Notes under the pieces: generated by a model
Database searches by the model: none
Told to the model about the DNA's origin: nothing
The model's input: the letters and a program-made list of their open reading frames with translations, nothing else
NCBI GenBank assembly: GCA_021813045.1
Contig: JAKAMF010000003.1
Span: forward strand, 1-32,476
Reading direction: 5' to 3'
DNA length: 32,476 nucleotides
Source of the DNA: a bacterium
Lineage (GTDB): Bacteria; Omnitrophota; Gorgyraeia; Gygaellales; Profunditerraquicolaceae
Translations under genes and position numbers: made by a program
In this document: piece after piece, positions 18,653-27,800 of the stretch
Layout: each line of letters starts with the position of its first letter
Position numbering within the stretch: position 1 is the first letter of the stretch

Positions 18653-19261
18653 ATGCAAGAAATACTTAAGCCATACCTGTTAACTTTTATCCCGATTTTT
18701 GTCGCGGTGGACATTATCGGCACAATACCTTTGTTCATCGGCCTGGTGGAAGGCGCTGGCAAGACCCAAAGGCATAAGGTAATTGTCGATTCCGTAAGCA
18801 CTGCCACGGCAATGGCGATCATCTTTATGTTTTTCGGCAAGCTGATCTTCGGCTTATTAGGCATTACCATCGCCGACTTTCAAATCGCCGGCGGCGCGCT
18901 GCTTTTTGTAATTGCCTTAAAGCTACTTTTACCCGGCAGCCACAAATCATCACTTGCTGACGGACACGATAAACAAGTAGGCATCTTCCCCTTAGGCACG
19001 CCTTTAATTACCGGTCCGGCTGTCTTAACCACAACCTTGATCATGCTTGATTCCTATGGCTGGATGCCGACTTTTATCTCTTTGATTGTAAATATGTTTA
19101 TCGCCTGGCTGGCCTTAGCCAAAGCTGATTTCATCATGAAAGTCTTCGGCCAGGCCGGTACGCGCGCATTTTCTAAAGTAATGTTTATTCTGCTGGCGGC
19201 GATCAGCATTATGATGATCCGTAAAGGCGTTTTCGGAATCATTGCAACGGCGGTAAAATGA
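18653..19261 (+). CDS. MarC-family (UPF0056) integral membrane protein
   Basis: FVAVD..G.IPLF, GIT..DFQIAGG.LL, FPLGTPLITGP, six TM segments. Confidence 0.88.
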   Translation: MQEILKPYLLTFIPIFVAVDIIGTIPLFIGLVEGAGKTQRHKVIVDSVSTATAMAIIFMFFGKLIFGLLGITIADFQIAGGALLFVIALKLLLPGSHKSSLADGHDKQVGIFPLGTPLITGPAVLTTTLIMLDSYGWMPTFISLIVNMFIAWLALAKADFIMKVFGQAGTRAFSKVMFILLAAISIMMIRKGVFGIIATAVK

Positions 19262-20487
19262 GCACAAAAAATGTCCTAACCTATATCATGGCTGGCGGCA
19301 AAGGAGAGCGGCTCCTGCCTTTGACCAAAGACCGTACCAAACCGGCGGTGCCGTTCGGCGGAATTTACCGGATTATCGATTTTACCTTAAGCAACTGCAT
19401 TAATTCCGGCCTGCGCCATATTTACGTACTCACCCAATATAAATCAGAGTCTTTACAAAAACACATCCGCTTAGGCTGGAATATCCTGCCGTCTGAACTC
19501 GGCCAGTATATTGAACTTTTGCCGGCGCAGCAGAGAATCAGCGATACCTGGTATTTAGGCACTGCCGACGCGATTTTTCAAAATCTTTATACGCTAGAAA
19601 GCGAAAAACCGGATGACGTATTAATTCTCGCCGGGGATCATATCTATAAAATGAACTACTACAATTTATTGAATTATCATCGCCAATCAGAAGCGGAACT
19701 CACGGTCGGCGTAGTGGAAATAGAAAAAGAAAGGGCCTCGCAATTAGGCGTAGTAGTAGTTGATGATTCCGGCCGGGTAACCGGCTTCGAAGAAAAACCC
19801 AAGCAACCCAAGACCATTCCCGGCAACCCGAATAAAATTTACGCCTCCATGGGTATTTATGTTTTTAAACGCCAGGCCCTGGAAAGCCAATTGCACGAAA
19901 ACGCCAAGAATCAGCACTCGCAGCACGACTTTGGCAAAGATATCATTCCGCAGATGCTTAAAAAAGGAACGAAAATTGCCGCTTATAACTTCATCGACGA
20001 GAATAAAAAAGAGGCGAAATACTGGCGCGATATCGGAACCCTTGACGCTTATTATGCGGCGAATATGGACCTGGTCAGCGTTGACCCGGAATTTAACCTC
20101 TATGACCGCGAATGGCCGATCAGAACCTATCAAGAGCAGTTTCCGCCGGCAAAAACCGTATTCTCCGGAGAAGAAATCACCGGTAGAGTCGGACTGGTGC
20201 TTGATTCTATGGTCGCTTCCGGATGTATTATCAGCGGCGGCAAAATCCAGCGCTCGGTGCTTTCTCCCAATGTGCGCGTGAACAGCTACGCCCAAGTTTA
20301 CGATTCCATACTTATGGAAGGGGTAAATGTCGGGCGGCACGCCAAGATCAAACGCGCGATCATCGATAAGGATATTTCTATTCCGCAGGGCATGGTCATT
20401 GGTTATGACCCGATAGAAGATAAAAAAAGGTTCTTTGTCAGCGAAGAAGGAATTGTGGTAGTCGCCAAAGGCACGGAAATCAAATGA
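19258..20487 (+). CDS. glgC: Glucose-1-phosphate adenylyltransferase
   Basis: AGGKGERLLPLT..R.KPAVPFGG.YRIIDF.LSNC.NSG, GTADA, LAGDHIYKM, FEEKP, YWRDIGT. Confidence 0.97.
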   Translation: MSTKNVLTYIMAGGKGERLLPLTKDRTKPAVPFGGIYRIIDFTLSNCINSGLRHIYVLTQYKSESLQKHIRLGWNILPSELGQYIELLPAQQRISDTWYLGTADAIFQNLYTLESEKPDDVLILAGDHIYKMNYYNLLNYHRQSEAELTVGVVEIEKERASQLGVVVVDDSGRVTGFEEKPKQPKTIPGNPNKIYASMGIYVFKRQALESQLHENAKNQHSQHDFGKDIIPQMLKKGTKIAAYNFIDENKKEAKYWRDIGTLDAYYAANMDLVSVDPEFNLYDREWPIRTYQEQFPPAKTVFSGEEITGRVGLVLDSMVASGCIISGGKIQRSVLSPNVRVNSYAQVYDSILMEGVNVGRHAKIKRAIIDKDISIPQGMVIGYDPIEDKKRFFVSEEGIVVVAKGTEIK

Positions 20488-20933
20488 TCAGAAAAGCAAA
20501 AATCAAAGACATAAAACAAATTCAGGCGCTGATCAATAATTTCGCTAAAAAAGACCTTATGCTGCCGCGTTCTCTAAACGAGCTTTACGAAAATATCCGC
20601 GATTTCTGGGTTAACGAAGAAAACCGTAAAATTTTAGGGTGTGCCGCGCTACATGTTTCCTGGCAGGACTTAGCCGAAATAAAATCACTGGCGGTTGCTA
20701 AAAACAAACAGAAGAAGGGGATCGGAAAAGAATTAATCCGCTCATGCTTAAAAGAAGCCGGGGAATTAGGCGCAAAAAAGATTTTTGTTCTTACTTATAA
20801 ACCAAAATATTTCCAAAAGTTCGGGTTTCGCCGCATCAAGCACGCAAAGCTTCCCCACAAAGTCTGGGCAGAATGCATCAACTGCCACAAATTCAGCGAC
20901 TGCCAGGAGATCGCCCTAATAAAAAACTTGTAA
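20484..20933 (+). CDS. GNAT N-acetyltransferase, short ArgA/N-acetylglutamate synthase-like
   Basis: MLPRS..ELYE..RDF, LAEIKSLAV, KGIG..L, FVLT, LPHKVW.EC..C.....C.E. Confidence 0.82.
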   Translation: MIRKAKIKDIKQIQALINNFAKKDLMLPRSLNELYENIRDFWVNEENRKILGCAALHVSWQDLAEIKSLAVAKNKQKKGIGKELIRSCLKEAGELGAKKIFVLTYKPKYFQKFGFRRIKHAKLPHKVWAECINCHKFSDCQEIALIKNL

Positions 20934-20955
20934 AATAATTTGTTTATGCTAATAT
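20928..20955 (+). promoter_or_regulatory. Putative sigma70 promoter for bcd-etfBA
   Basis: TTGTAA-N16-TAATAT with TG extension. AAGGAGG SD at 20976-20982. Confidence 0.5.
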
Positions 20956-20986
20956 ATTCTGGTTTTTAAAAAGCCAAGGAGGAAAT

Positions 20987-22138
20987 ATGGACTATTTATT
21001 GACTGACGAACAAAAAATGATCAAAGAGCTGGCGCATAAGATTGCCGAAGAAAAAATCCGGCCGGTAGCGGCTAAATATGACGCAAGCGAAGAATACCCC
21101 TGGGATGTAATTAAGGTAATTGCCGAGTCAGATTTGTTCGGCTTATTTATCCCTGAAGAATACGGCGGGATGGGAGTCAATGTATTCAATCTCTGCCTGG
21201 CCACCGAAGAGATGTCCCGCGCCTGCGGCGGCATCGCGGTTTGCTATGCGGCTTCGGCCTTGGGCACTTTCCCGATCGTGCTCTTTGGCAATGACGAACA
21301 AAAGAAAAAATATTTGCCGGATTTAGCTCGCGGCAAAAAAGTCGCGGCCTTTGGCATTACCGAACCGGAAGCCGGTTCAGACGCCTCGGCAATCAAAACC
21401 ACAGCTAAAAAAGTCGGCGATCATTATGTTTTAAACGGGCTGAAGCATTTTATTACCAATGGCGGAGACGCGGAAACCTATGTAGTTATCGCGATGACCG
21501 ATAAAAATAAAGGCGCGCGCGGCGCGTCGGCTTTTATCGTAGAAAAAGGCACTCCCGGATTTACCTTTGGCAAAAAAGAAGATAAATTCGGTATTCGCGC
21601 TTCTTCCACCCGCGAATTGATTTTTACCGACTGCAAGATCCCTGCGGAAAATTTGCTCGCCAAAGAAGGCATGGGCTTTATCGTAACCATGCGCACCTTT
21701 GACATGTCGCGTCCGGGCGTAGCCGCTCAGGCGCTGGGCATTGGCCAAGGCGCTTTGGAATTAGCCGTCAAATACGCCAAAGAAAGGCACCAATTCGGAA
21801 AATCGATTTCCAGTTTTCAGGGAATCCAATGGATGCTGGCAGATATGGCCACGGAAATTGAAGCTGCCCGGGCATTGGTCTATGCTACCGCAAAGATGGT
21901 TGATGCCGGAGTAAAAGACGTTGCCAAAGGCTCAGCCATGGCTAAGATGTACGCTTCTGATGTAGCCATGAAAGTTACCGTCGACGCCTTACAGATCTTC
22001 GGCGGCTATGGCTATATGAAAGATTACCCAATTGAAAAATATGTGCGCGACGCCAAAATCACCCAGATCTACGAAGGGACCAATCAGATCCAAAGAGGCA
22101 TCATCGCGCTGCAAATAATTAAGGAATTAGCCAAATAA
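20987..22138 (+). CDS. Acyl-CoA (butyryl-CoA-like) dehydrogenase
   Basis: [43 protein letters not shown]...[12 protein letters not shown]. Confidence 0.95.
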   Translation: MDYLLTDEQKMIKELAHKIAEEKIRPVAAKYDASEEYPWDVIKVIAESDLFGLFIPEEYGGMGVNVFNLCLATEEMSRACGGIAVCYAASALGTFPIVLFGNDEQKKKYLPDLARGKKVAAFGITEPEAGSDASAIKTTAKKVGDHYVLNGLKHFITNGGDAETYVVIAMTDKNKGARGASAFIVEKGTPGFTFGKKEDKFGIRASSTRELIFTDCKIPAENLLAKEGMGFIVTMRTFDMSRPGVAAQALGIGQGALELAVKYAKERHQFGKSISSFQGIQWMLADMATEIEAARALVYATAKMVDAGVKDVAKGSAMAKMYASDVAMKVTVDALQIFGGYGYMKDYPIEKYVRDAKITQIYEGTNQIQRGIIALQIIKELAK

Positions 22139-22920
22139 TGAATATCATCGTCTGCATAAAACAGGTTCCGGAAACTACCGAAGTAAGGATTAATCCGGAG
22201 ACCAATACCTTGATCCGTGAAGGGGTAAAATCAATCATCAATCCCTTTGACATGTACGCGATCGAAGAAGCCGTGCGGCTGAAAGAAAAATTCGGCGGCA
22301 AGGCAATTGCTTTAACCATGGGCCCGCCGCAGGCTGAGGCGGCTTTAAGGGAAGCGATCTCCATGGGTATTGACGAAGGATATCTGGTTTGCGACCGCGC
22401 CTTTGCCGGCAGCGACACCTGGGCAACCAGCTACACCTTAGCCGGCGCGATTAAAAAAATCGGGCAGTTTGATTTGATCATCTGCGGAAAACAAGCCTCA
22501 GACGGCGACACAGCACAAGTCGGCCCCGGCATTGCCACGCATTTGGACCTGCCGCAAGTAACCTATGTTAAAAAGGTAGAAGAAGCAACTGCTACTTCGC
22601 TGACATTAGAAAGAATGATGGAGGAGGGCTTTGAAATTATTCAAACACCCTTGCCTTGTTTAATTACCGTAGTTAAAGAAATTAACGAACCGCGCATTCC
22701 TTCTTTAAAAGGAATGATGCGCGCCAAAAGCGCTAAGATTACCGCTTTAGGACAAAAAGATTTAGACCTTGACCCGCAGTCAATCGGGCTTTGCGGCTCG
22801 CCCACGCAGGTAGTAAAAATTTTTACTCCGCCCCAGCGGGTAGGCGGCCAGATTTTAAACGGAGAACCGGAAGAAGTCGCGGAAAAACTGGTAAAATTAA
22901 TTAAGGACGAAATCCACTAA
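22138..22920 (+). CDS. etfB: Electron transfer flavoprotein beta subunit
   Basis: VCIKQVP, NPFD.YA.E.A, FAGSDTWAT, GKQASDGDTAQVGP, NEPR.PS, G..GSPT.V. Confidence 0.95.
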   Translation: MNIIVCIKQVPETTEVRINPETNTLIREGVKSIINPFDMYAIEEAVRLKEKFGGKAIALTMGPPQAEAALREAISMGIDEGYLVCDRAFAGSDTWATSYTLAGAIKKIGQFDLIICGKQASDGDTAQVGPGIATHLDLPQVTYVKKVEEATATSLTLERMMEEGFEIIQTPLPCLITVVKEINEPRIPSLKGMMRAKSAKITALGQKDLDLDPQSIGLCGSPTQVVKIFTPPQRVGGQILNGEPEEVAEKLVKLIKDEIH

Positions 22921-24122
22921 TGTCTATTCAAATCATTATTGAAAAATGCACCGGCTGCACCTTATGCGTCAAGGCCTGCCCGTTTGATGCCATCCGCATA
23001 ATGGATAAAAAAGCATTTATTGATTTAAATAAATGCACGCTCTGCGGAGCCTGTAAAGACGCCTGTAAATTTAAAGCCGTGCTTTTAGAAAAAACTCCCG
23101 CTGTTTGCGCGGTTCCGGATATTAAAGATTACAAGGGAATCTGGGTTTTTATTGAACAAAAAAACGGCAAGGTGCAATCGGTAGCTTATGAACTCTTAGG
23201 CAAAGCCCAGGAATTGGCTAAAAAACTTAACTGCCAGGTAAGCGGGGTACTCATCGGCAATAACCTCGGTAATCAACTAGACGAATTAATCTGGCAGGGC
23301 GCGGATAATATCTATTTGGTCGAAGCGCCGGAAATCGCTAATTTTCAGGATGAGCCATATACGAATATCCTTGTTGAATTAATCAAAAAATATAAGCCGG
23401 AAATTTTACTTTGCGGGGCAACATCGATTGGCAGGTCATTGATCGCCAGAGTGGCGATTAAAATCAAGGCCGGTTTAACCGCTGACTGCACCGGATTGGA
23501 TATTGACCCGGAAAAGAAAATTCTTTTACAAACCCGCCCGGCGTTCGGCGGCAATATTATGGCCACGATTATCAGCCCGAATTACCGCCCGCAGATGGCC
23601 ACCGTGCGGCATAAGGTAATGCAGCCAATGGCGGCGGATAAACGCAGAAAAGGAAAAATCATTAAAGAAACTTTTGACAGCTCGCTTTATGCTTCACGCA
23701 CAAAACTTTTAGATATTGTTGAAGAAATTGAATCGTTAGTTAATTTGGCGGAAGCGGATATTATTGTCTCCGGGGGCAGAGGCATGGGCAATGCGGAGAA
23801 TTTTAAGCTTCTGGAAGACTTTGCGCATGTCTTAGGCGCGGCAGTCGGATCATCACGCGCCGCGGTTGACTCCGGCTGGATGCCCTACTCGCACCAGGTC
23901 GGGCAGACCGGCAGGACAGTAGCGCCCAAAATATATTTTGCCTGCGGCATTTCCGGCCAGATCCAGCACATAGTCGGCATGTCCAGCTCAAAAATCATTA
24001 TTGCGATCAACAAAGACCCGGAAGCCCCAATCTTTAAATACGCTACTTACGGCATAGTCGGAGATCTCTTTCAAATTATCCCGGCCTTAACGAAAAAATT
24101 TAAAGAAACCTTAAAAAAATAA
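22920..24122 (+). CDS. etfA: Electron transfer flavoprotein alpha subunit with N-terminal 2[4Fe-4S] ferredoxin domain
   Basis: CTGCTLC...CP and CTLCGAC...[38 protein letters not shown]. Confidence 0.95.
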   Translation: MSIQIIIEKCTGCTLCVKACPFDAIRIMDKKAFIDLNKCTLCGACKDACKFKAVLLEKTPAVCAVPDIKDYKGIWVFIEQKNGKVQSVAYELLGKAQELAKKLNCQVSGVLIGNNLGNQLDELIWQGADNIYLVEAPEIANFQDEPYTNILVELIKKYKPEILLCGATSIGRSLIARVAIKIKAGLTADCTGLDIDPEKKILLQTRPAFGGNIMATIISPNYRPQMATVRHKVMQPMAADKRRKGKIIKETFDSSLYASRTKLLDIVEEIESLVNLAEADIIVSGGRGMGNAENFKLLEDFAHVLGAAVGSSRAAVDSGWMPYSHQVGQTGRTVAPKIYFACGISGQIQHIVGMSSSKIIIAINKDPEAPIFKYATYGIVGDLFQIIPALTKKFKETLKK

Positions 24123-24126
24123 AATA

Positions 24127-24153
24127 TTGACATTTTGGTATTTGTAGTATAAT
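24127..24153 (+). promoter_or_regulatory. Putative sigma70 promoter downstream of etfA
   Basis: Perfect TTGACA (24127-32) and TATAAT (24148-53), but the spacer is only 15 bp. Confidence 0.55.
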
Positions 24154-24195
24154 AACACTGTAAGCATTAGCAAACCTCCAACAGGAGACCAAGCT

Positions 24196-24222
24196 ATGCG
24201 TGTACAGAAAAGAAAAATCTAA
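24196..24222 (+). CDS. Putative 8-aa leader peptide MRVQKRKI
   Basis: AGGAG SD (24183-87) 8 nt before the ATG. The stop codon abuts the terminator 5' arm. Too short to prove from sequence alone. Confidence 0.35.
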   Translation: MRVQKRKI

Positions 24223-24256
24223 AAAGGCAATTCTCGAAAGGGAATTGCCTTTTTTT
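24221..24256 (+). terminator. Intrinsic terminator/attenuator hairpin
   Basis: AAAAAGGCAATTCTC-GAAA-GGGAATTGCC-T7. GNRA loop and a U.G pair are consistent with + strand folding. Confidence 0.85.
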
Positions 24257-24322
24257 GTCGCCGCAGAAGGCGGCGCACCGGCCGATCCGATAAGGCCGGG
24301 TGCATGAAAGGAGGTAAAGCCA

Positions 24323-24382
24323 ATGTGTAAATCATGCGGATGTAGCCCTAAGAAAAAGGCTAAAAAGAAAAAGAAAAAATAA
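24323..24382 (+). CDS. Putative 19-aa Cys/Lys-rich microprotein MCKSCGCSPKKKAKKKKKK
   Basis: Textbook SD AAAGGAGGT (24307-15) 7 nt before the ATG. CxxCGC N-terminus. Not in the ORF track. Confidence 0.65.
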   Translation: MCKSCGCSPKKKAKKKKKK

Positions 24383-24400
24383 AAAAGGGAGGACTTAGGG

Positions 24401-24730
24401 ATGATAAAAAACAGAGTATTTCCCGTAGCATTGGATGAAAAAGAATCTTTCCGCCAGTTTGCCGAACGGCTTACCGGCTGGGAAGTCAAAGACAGCCACA
24501 TCAGAAAAATAAAAGTCCGCTCCTTCAGTGACCGTATTAAACGCCAAATCAGTTCCGATATCTGCGTAGGCCAGGAATTAGATAATAATCTTTCTAACAT
24601 ACCCGGCGAGCCGGTTTTAGCGATTTTTGAATCCAAAGAATACCTGGTAATTACTCCGGATAAAAGCAACCTTAAGGCAACGGTCTATCTTTTTGACCAG
24701 TCCGAAGTATTAGGCATAGAAAAAGAATAA
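24401..24730 (+). CDS. Hypothetical protein (109 aa)
   Basis: GGGAGG SD, protein-like composition, fills the intergenic space. No family recognised. Confidence 0.75.
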   Translation: MIKNRVFPVALDEKESFRQFAERLTGWEVKDSHIRKIKVRSFSDRIKRQISSDICVGQELDNNLSNIPGEPVLAIFESKEYLVITPDKSNLKATVYLFDQSEVLGIEKE

Positions 24731-24795
24731 TTTTTACTTTTCTTTAATCCAACTAAGACAAGAGGGTTGTTTTGTCTTTATAAAATTATTTTTTA

Positions 24796-24823
24796 TTGAC
24801 TGTTAATCTGGTTATGTTATCAT
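24796..24823 (+). promoter_or_regulatory. Sigma70 promoter for smc (probably leaderless)
   Basis: TTGACT-N16-TATCAT with TG extension, the same layout as the marC promoter. ATG lies 7 nt after the -10. Confidence 0.65.
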
Positions 24824-24830
24824 TAATGCC

Positions 24831-27800
24831 ATGTATTTTAAAAAATTAGAGCTTATCGGCTTCAAGTCGTTCTGCAATAAAACCACTCTGCATTTCGAGC
24901 CGGGGATTACCGCGATAGTCGGCCCGAATGGCTGCGGCAAAAGCAACATTTTTGATTCTATCCGCTGGGTTCTCGGCGAACAATCCGTAAAATCACTGCG
25001 CGGCTCAAGCATGGAAGATGTAATCTTCAACGGTACGGACACCAAAGAGCCGGTAGGCATGGCCGAAGTAAGCTTAACTTTCGATAATACCAATAAATTT
25101 TTCCCCGTAGAAAGCGAAGAAGTAACTATTTCCCGCCGTATTTTCCGCTCCGGAGAAAGTGAATACCTGCTGAACAAAACCCAGGTCCGCTTAAAAGACA
25201 TTATGGATATCCTGCTCGGCACGGGTATCGGCGCAGAGAGTTATTCGATCGTCCCGCAGGGAAAAATCGACATGATCCTCAGTTCGCGGCCGGAAGACCG
25301 GCGGCTGATTTTTGACGAAGCCAGCGGTATCACTAAATATAAGGCGCAAAAAAGAGAAGCCTTGCGCCGCCTGGAAGAAACCGAACAAAATTTACTCCGG
25401 GTCAATGATATTATTACCGAAGTAAAGCGGCAGATCGGCTCACTGGAAAGACAGGCTAATAAAGCCCGCAAATATAAAGACGCTTTTGAAGAATTAAAAA
25501 ATAAAGAGTTAGTTTTAGGCGTTTTGCAAAAAAATGAAATCAATAAATTAAAGATCCAGATCGCAGAAAACATCAGCGCGCTCACCCAGGAAGAAAACCG
25601 GTTAAGCCAAATAATCAAAGAACAGGAAGACGGTATTTCCGGCTCGCAAACAGAATTAAAAAACCTGGAAGAACAAATTTTAAGCTCTCGCACGCAATTA
25701 ATTACCCTGGAAAACTTAATTACCCGCAGCAAAGAGCGCATTGAATTAAACAAAGAAAGAATGAACGAACTGGACACCAACAAAACATCTTTGGCTGCAC
25801 AAGCAGAACAATCAAAAAGCCGGCTTTTAACTGACGGAGAAAAAATAAACCTGCTGCGCCTGGAATATGCTAATCTTAAAAATAATATTGAATCCAAATC
25901 CGCGATTTTTAAAGAAAAGGAATTACTCTTAAATAACATTGCCGAAGCAATAAAATTATCCCTGGAAAACATTGCTTCCGGAAAAAAGTCAATTCTGGAT
26001 ATTCTCACTAAAATCACCCACACCAAGAACGAATTAACCGATTGCAATTCTAAACAGCAAATCCAGCAGGCCCGTAAAAAACGCTTGGAAATCGAACGGG
26101 CAAAAATAAACGAGGAGAAGGCGTCAGCCGAAGCATCGCTTGCCGCCACCAAACAGGAACTAGACCAGATTAACGCGGGATACGAAACTATCAGTTCTAA
26201 AACATCCTCGCTAAAAAATGCGCTGGAAGAAGAAAAAAACTCCTTAAAGAACCTTGGGCAAATCATCGAAGAACTGGCAAAACAAAAACTTACCTTAGAA
26301 TCGCAAAAACAATTTATCCAGGAACTGCGCACTAAGTATGATGATATCAGCGAAACAATGAACGCAGTAATCTATCTGGATAAGCTGCCTAATGAAAAAA
26401 TTAGCGGCCTGGTAGTAAGGATTACTGACAGCGCTAATCAACCGAACCATGAAAATAACTACCAGCTCAAGGTTTCCGGCGAAGCTAAGCCGTTTGACTT
26501 AGATACACAAAAAATCGCGGAAAGAATCCTGAGCCTGGAAGAAAAAATCAACGCTTTAAAAAATAACCAAACCGATAAGCAAACCACAATCTCCAACCAG
26601 GAAAACCAGCTAAACGCCCTGCATGATGAGCTGCGCGCTCAAGAAATAATCCTGGCCAATAAAAAAGCCTCTTATCAAGTTAACCTCGACCAGTTCAACC
26701 GGCTAAACGAAGAATATACTTTAGCTAACTTGGAATTAGAAGAGGTTGAAACAGATTTAATTGCCATAGGCCAGAAGAATACCGCTTTACAAGCCCAGCT
26801 TAACGAATTGGATAACCAGCAAAAAACTAAAGAAAGCCTGATCACCAATGAACAAAATAATATTTCTATCAACAATAGCCAAAAAGAAGGGGCGCTGGTT
26901 ATTATTACCCAGATCAAAACCGAACTTGAGGCGTTGACTAAACGGATTAATTCCGATGATATAAACTTAAAGGCGCTGGAAGAAAGATATAACCAGGACA
27001 AAGAAAGCGTCTCGAATATTGAAACGCAAATTAACGACTGCGCGGCCAAACATAAAATATTAGAGGCGGAAAACGAAGAATTGGGCAATAAAATCGTCCA
27101 GACCAACCTGGATATCGTTGACCAAAGCACTTCGCTTAAAGAAACTGAAGCTAAATTTAAAGGCATCTCTTCCGGCATTAGCGAGATTATCAAACGGATA
27201 GACACGGATAAACAATCCCTGGACAGCCTAAAAAACAGAACCTACCAGCTGCAAATGCAGGATAAAGACGCGCAATATAAGTACCTGGCCCTGAGCGAGC
27301 GCCTGGCGCAAGCCTATAAGATCGACCTGGAACAACTAAACGAGACATCCCTGCTAGACGTTGACCTGCAGCAGATTAACCTTGAGATACTCTCTGAAGA
27401 AATTAACCGTATGAAAGACAGGGTGAATTCTTACGGCTCGGTAAACCTGGTGGCAATTGAAGAATACGACGAATTAAAGAAACGCTATGACTTTCTTACC
27501 CAACAACAAACCGACCTGGTCACAGCCAAAGAATCCCTGCGCGAAGCGATCAATAAAATCAACCGCACCACTAAACAAATGTTTTTAGAAACGTTTGAAA
27601 AGGTGCGCGTGGAATTCCGCAATTATTTCAAACTCTTATTTAACGGCGGAGACGCGCAGGTCTACCTGATCGATGAACAGGACCCGCTGGAATCCGGCAT
27701 AGAAATTATCTGCCGGCCTCCGGGTAAAAAACTGCAGAATGTCCTGCTTTTATCGGGCGGTGAAAAATCAATGTCAGCTATCGCATTGATCTTCGCGATC

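Noticed and set aside
24164-24199. Resemblance to c-di-GMP-I riboswitch (GCAAACC...AAGC)
   Set aside because: Lacks the GNRA loop, the GACGCAAAGC segment and the second stem with tetraloop receptor.
24100-24669. 189-aa minus-strand ORF
   Set aside because: Antisense to SD-bearing + strand ORFs, and its poly-Phe stretch mirrors the Lys codons.
24755-24778. Weak hairpin AAGACAAGA/TTTTGTCTT as a terminator
   Set aside because: AT-rich stem with a poor U-tract; insufficient support.
25241-26332. 363-aa minus-strand ORF (and 26675-27205, 27662-28042)
   Set aside because: Antisense shadows of smc, with Ser/Phe/Leu-rich composition mirroring Glu/Lys codons and no motifs.
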